From Bdellovibrionales bacterium (GTDB lineage: Bacteria; Bdellovibrionota; Bdellovibrionia; Bdellovibrionales; UBA1609): a DNA stretch of 15,595 nucleotides. Shown in pieces: positions 15,594 through 15,595 of the stretch. Location of the stretch: assembly GCA_050246815.1 (NCBI GenBank), contig JBFWVI010000062.1, positions 1 to 15,595 on the forward strand. The letters run 5' to 3'. The notes under the pieces are model-generated. The model worked only from the letters and a program-made list of their open reading frames with translations. It was not told the origin of the DNA and ran no database searches. Both the position numbers and the translations under genes were made by a program. Position 1 is the stretch's first letter; every line of letters starts with the position of its first letter.

Positions 15594-15595
15594 AT

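Noticed and set aside
1..15595. CRISPR arrays, tandem repeats, riboswitches
   Set aside because: None seen by eye, and intergenic spaces are mostly too short. A covariance-model search was not possible.

Overview
Bacterial chromosomal window. Gene content and order look like Bdellovibrionota, but that is an impression, not a search result. The left ~1 kb is the edge of an integrated element: the 3' part of a large serine recombinase gene that reads into the 3' end of a tRNA-Leu(TAA) on the opposite strand. An IS3-family element interrupts the recombinase gene at position 127/128; its left end and orfA start are visible. An imperfect 13-bp inverted repeat copying the tRNA T-arm is centred on the tRNA CCA end and is a candidate att site. 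The rest is mostly housekeeping: a membrane protein, a CBS-less GuaB/GuaC-family enzyme, murI, a secreted di-heme c-type cytochrome of the RoxA-like/bCcP-MauG superfamily, a succinate-semialdehyde-type aldehyde dehydrogenase, DUF502, lysA, an MpaA-like peptidase and dapD. A minus-strand envelope cluster follows (small beta-barrel, RidA, YdcF, MlaE, degenerate MlaF, long MlaD, LolC/E-like permease), then tRNA-Ala(GGC). All calls come from motif recognition by eye; no searches were run.
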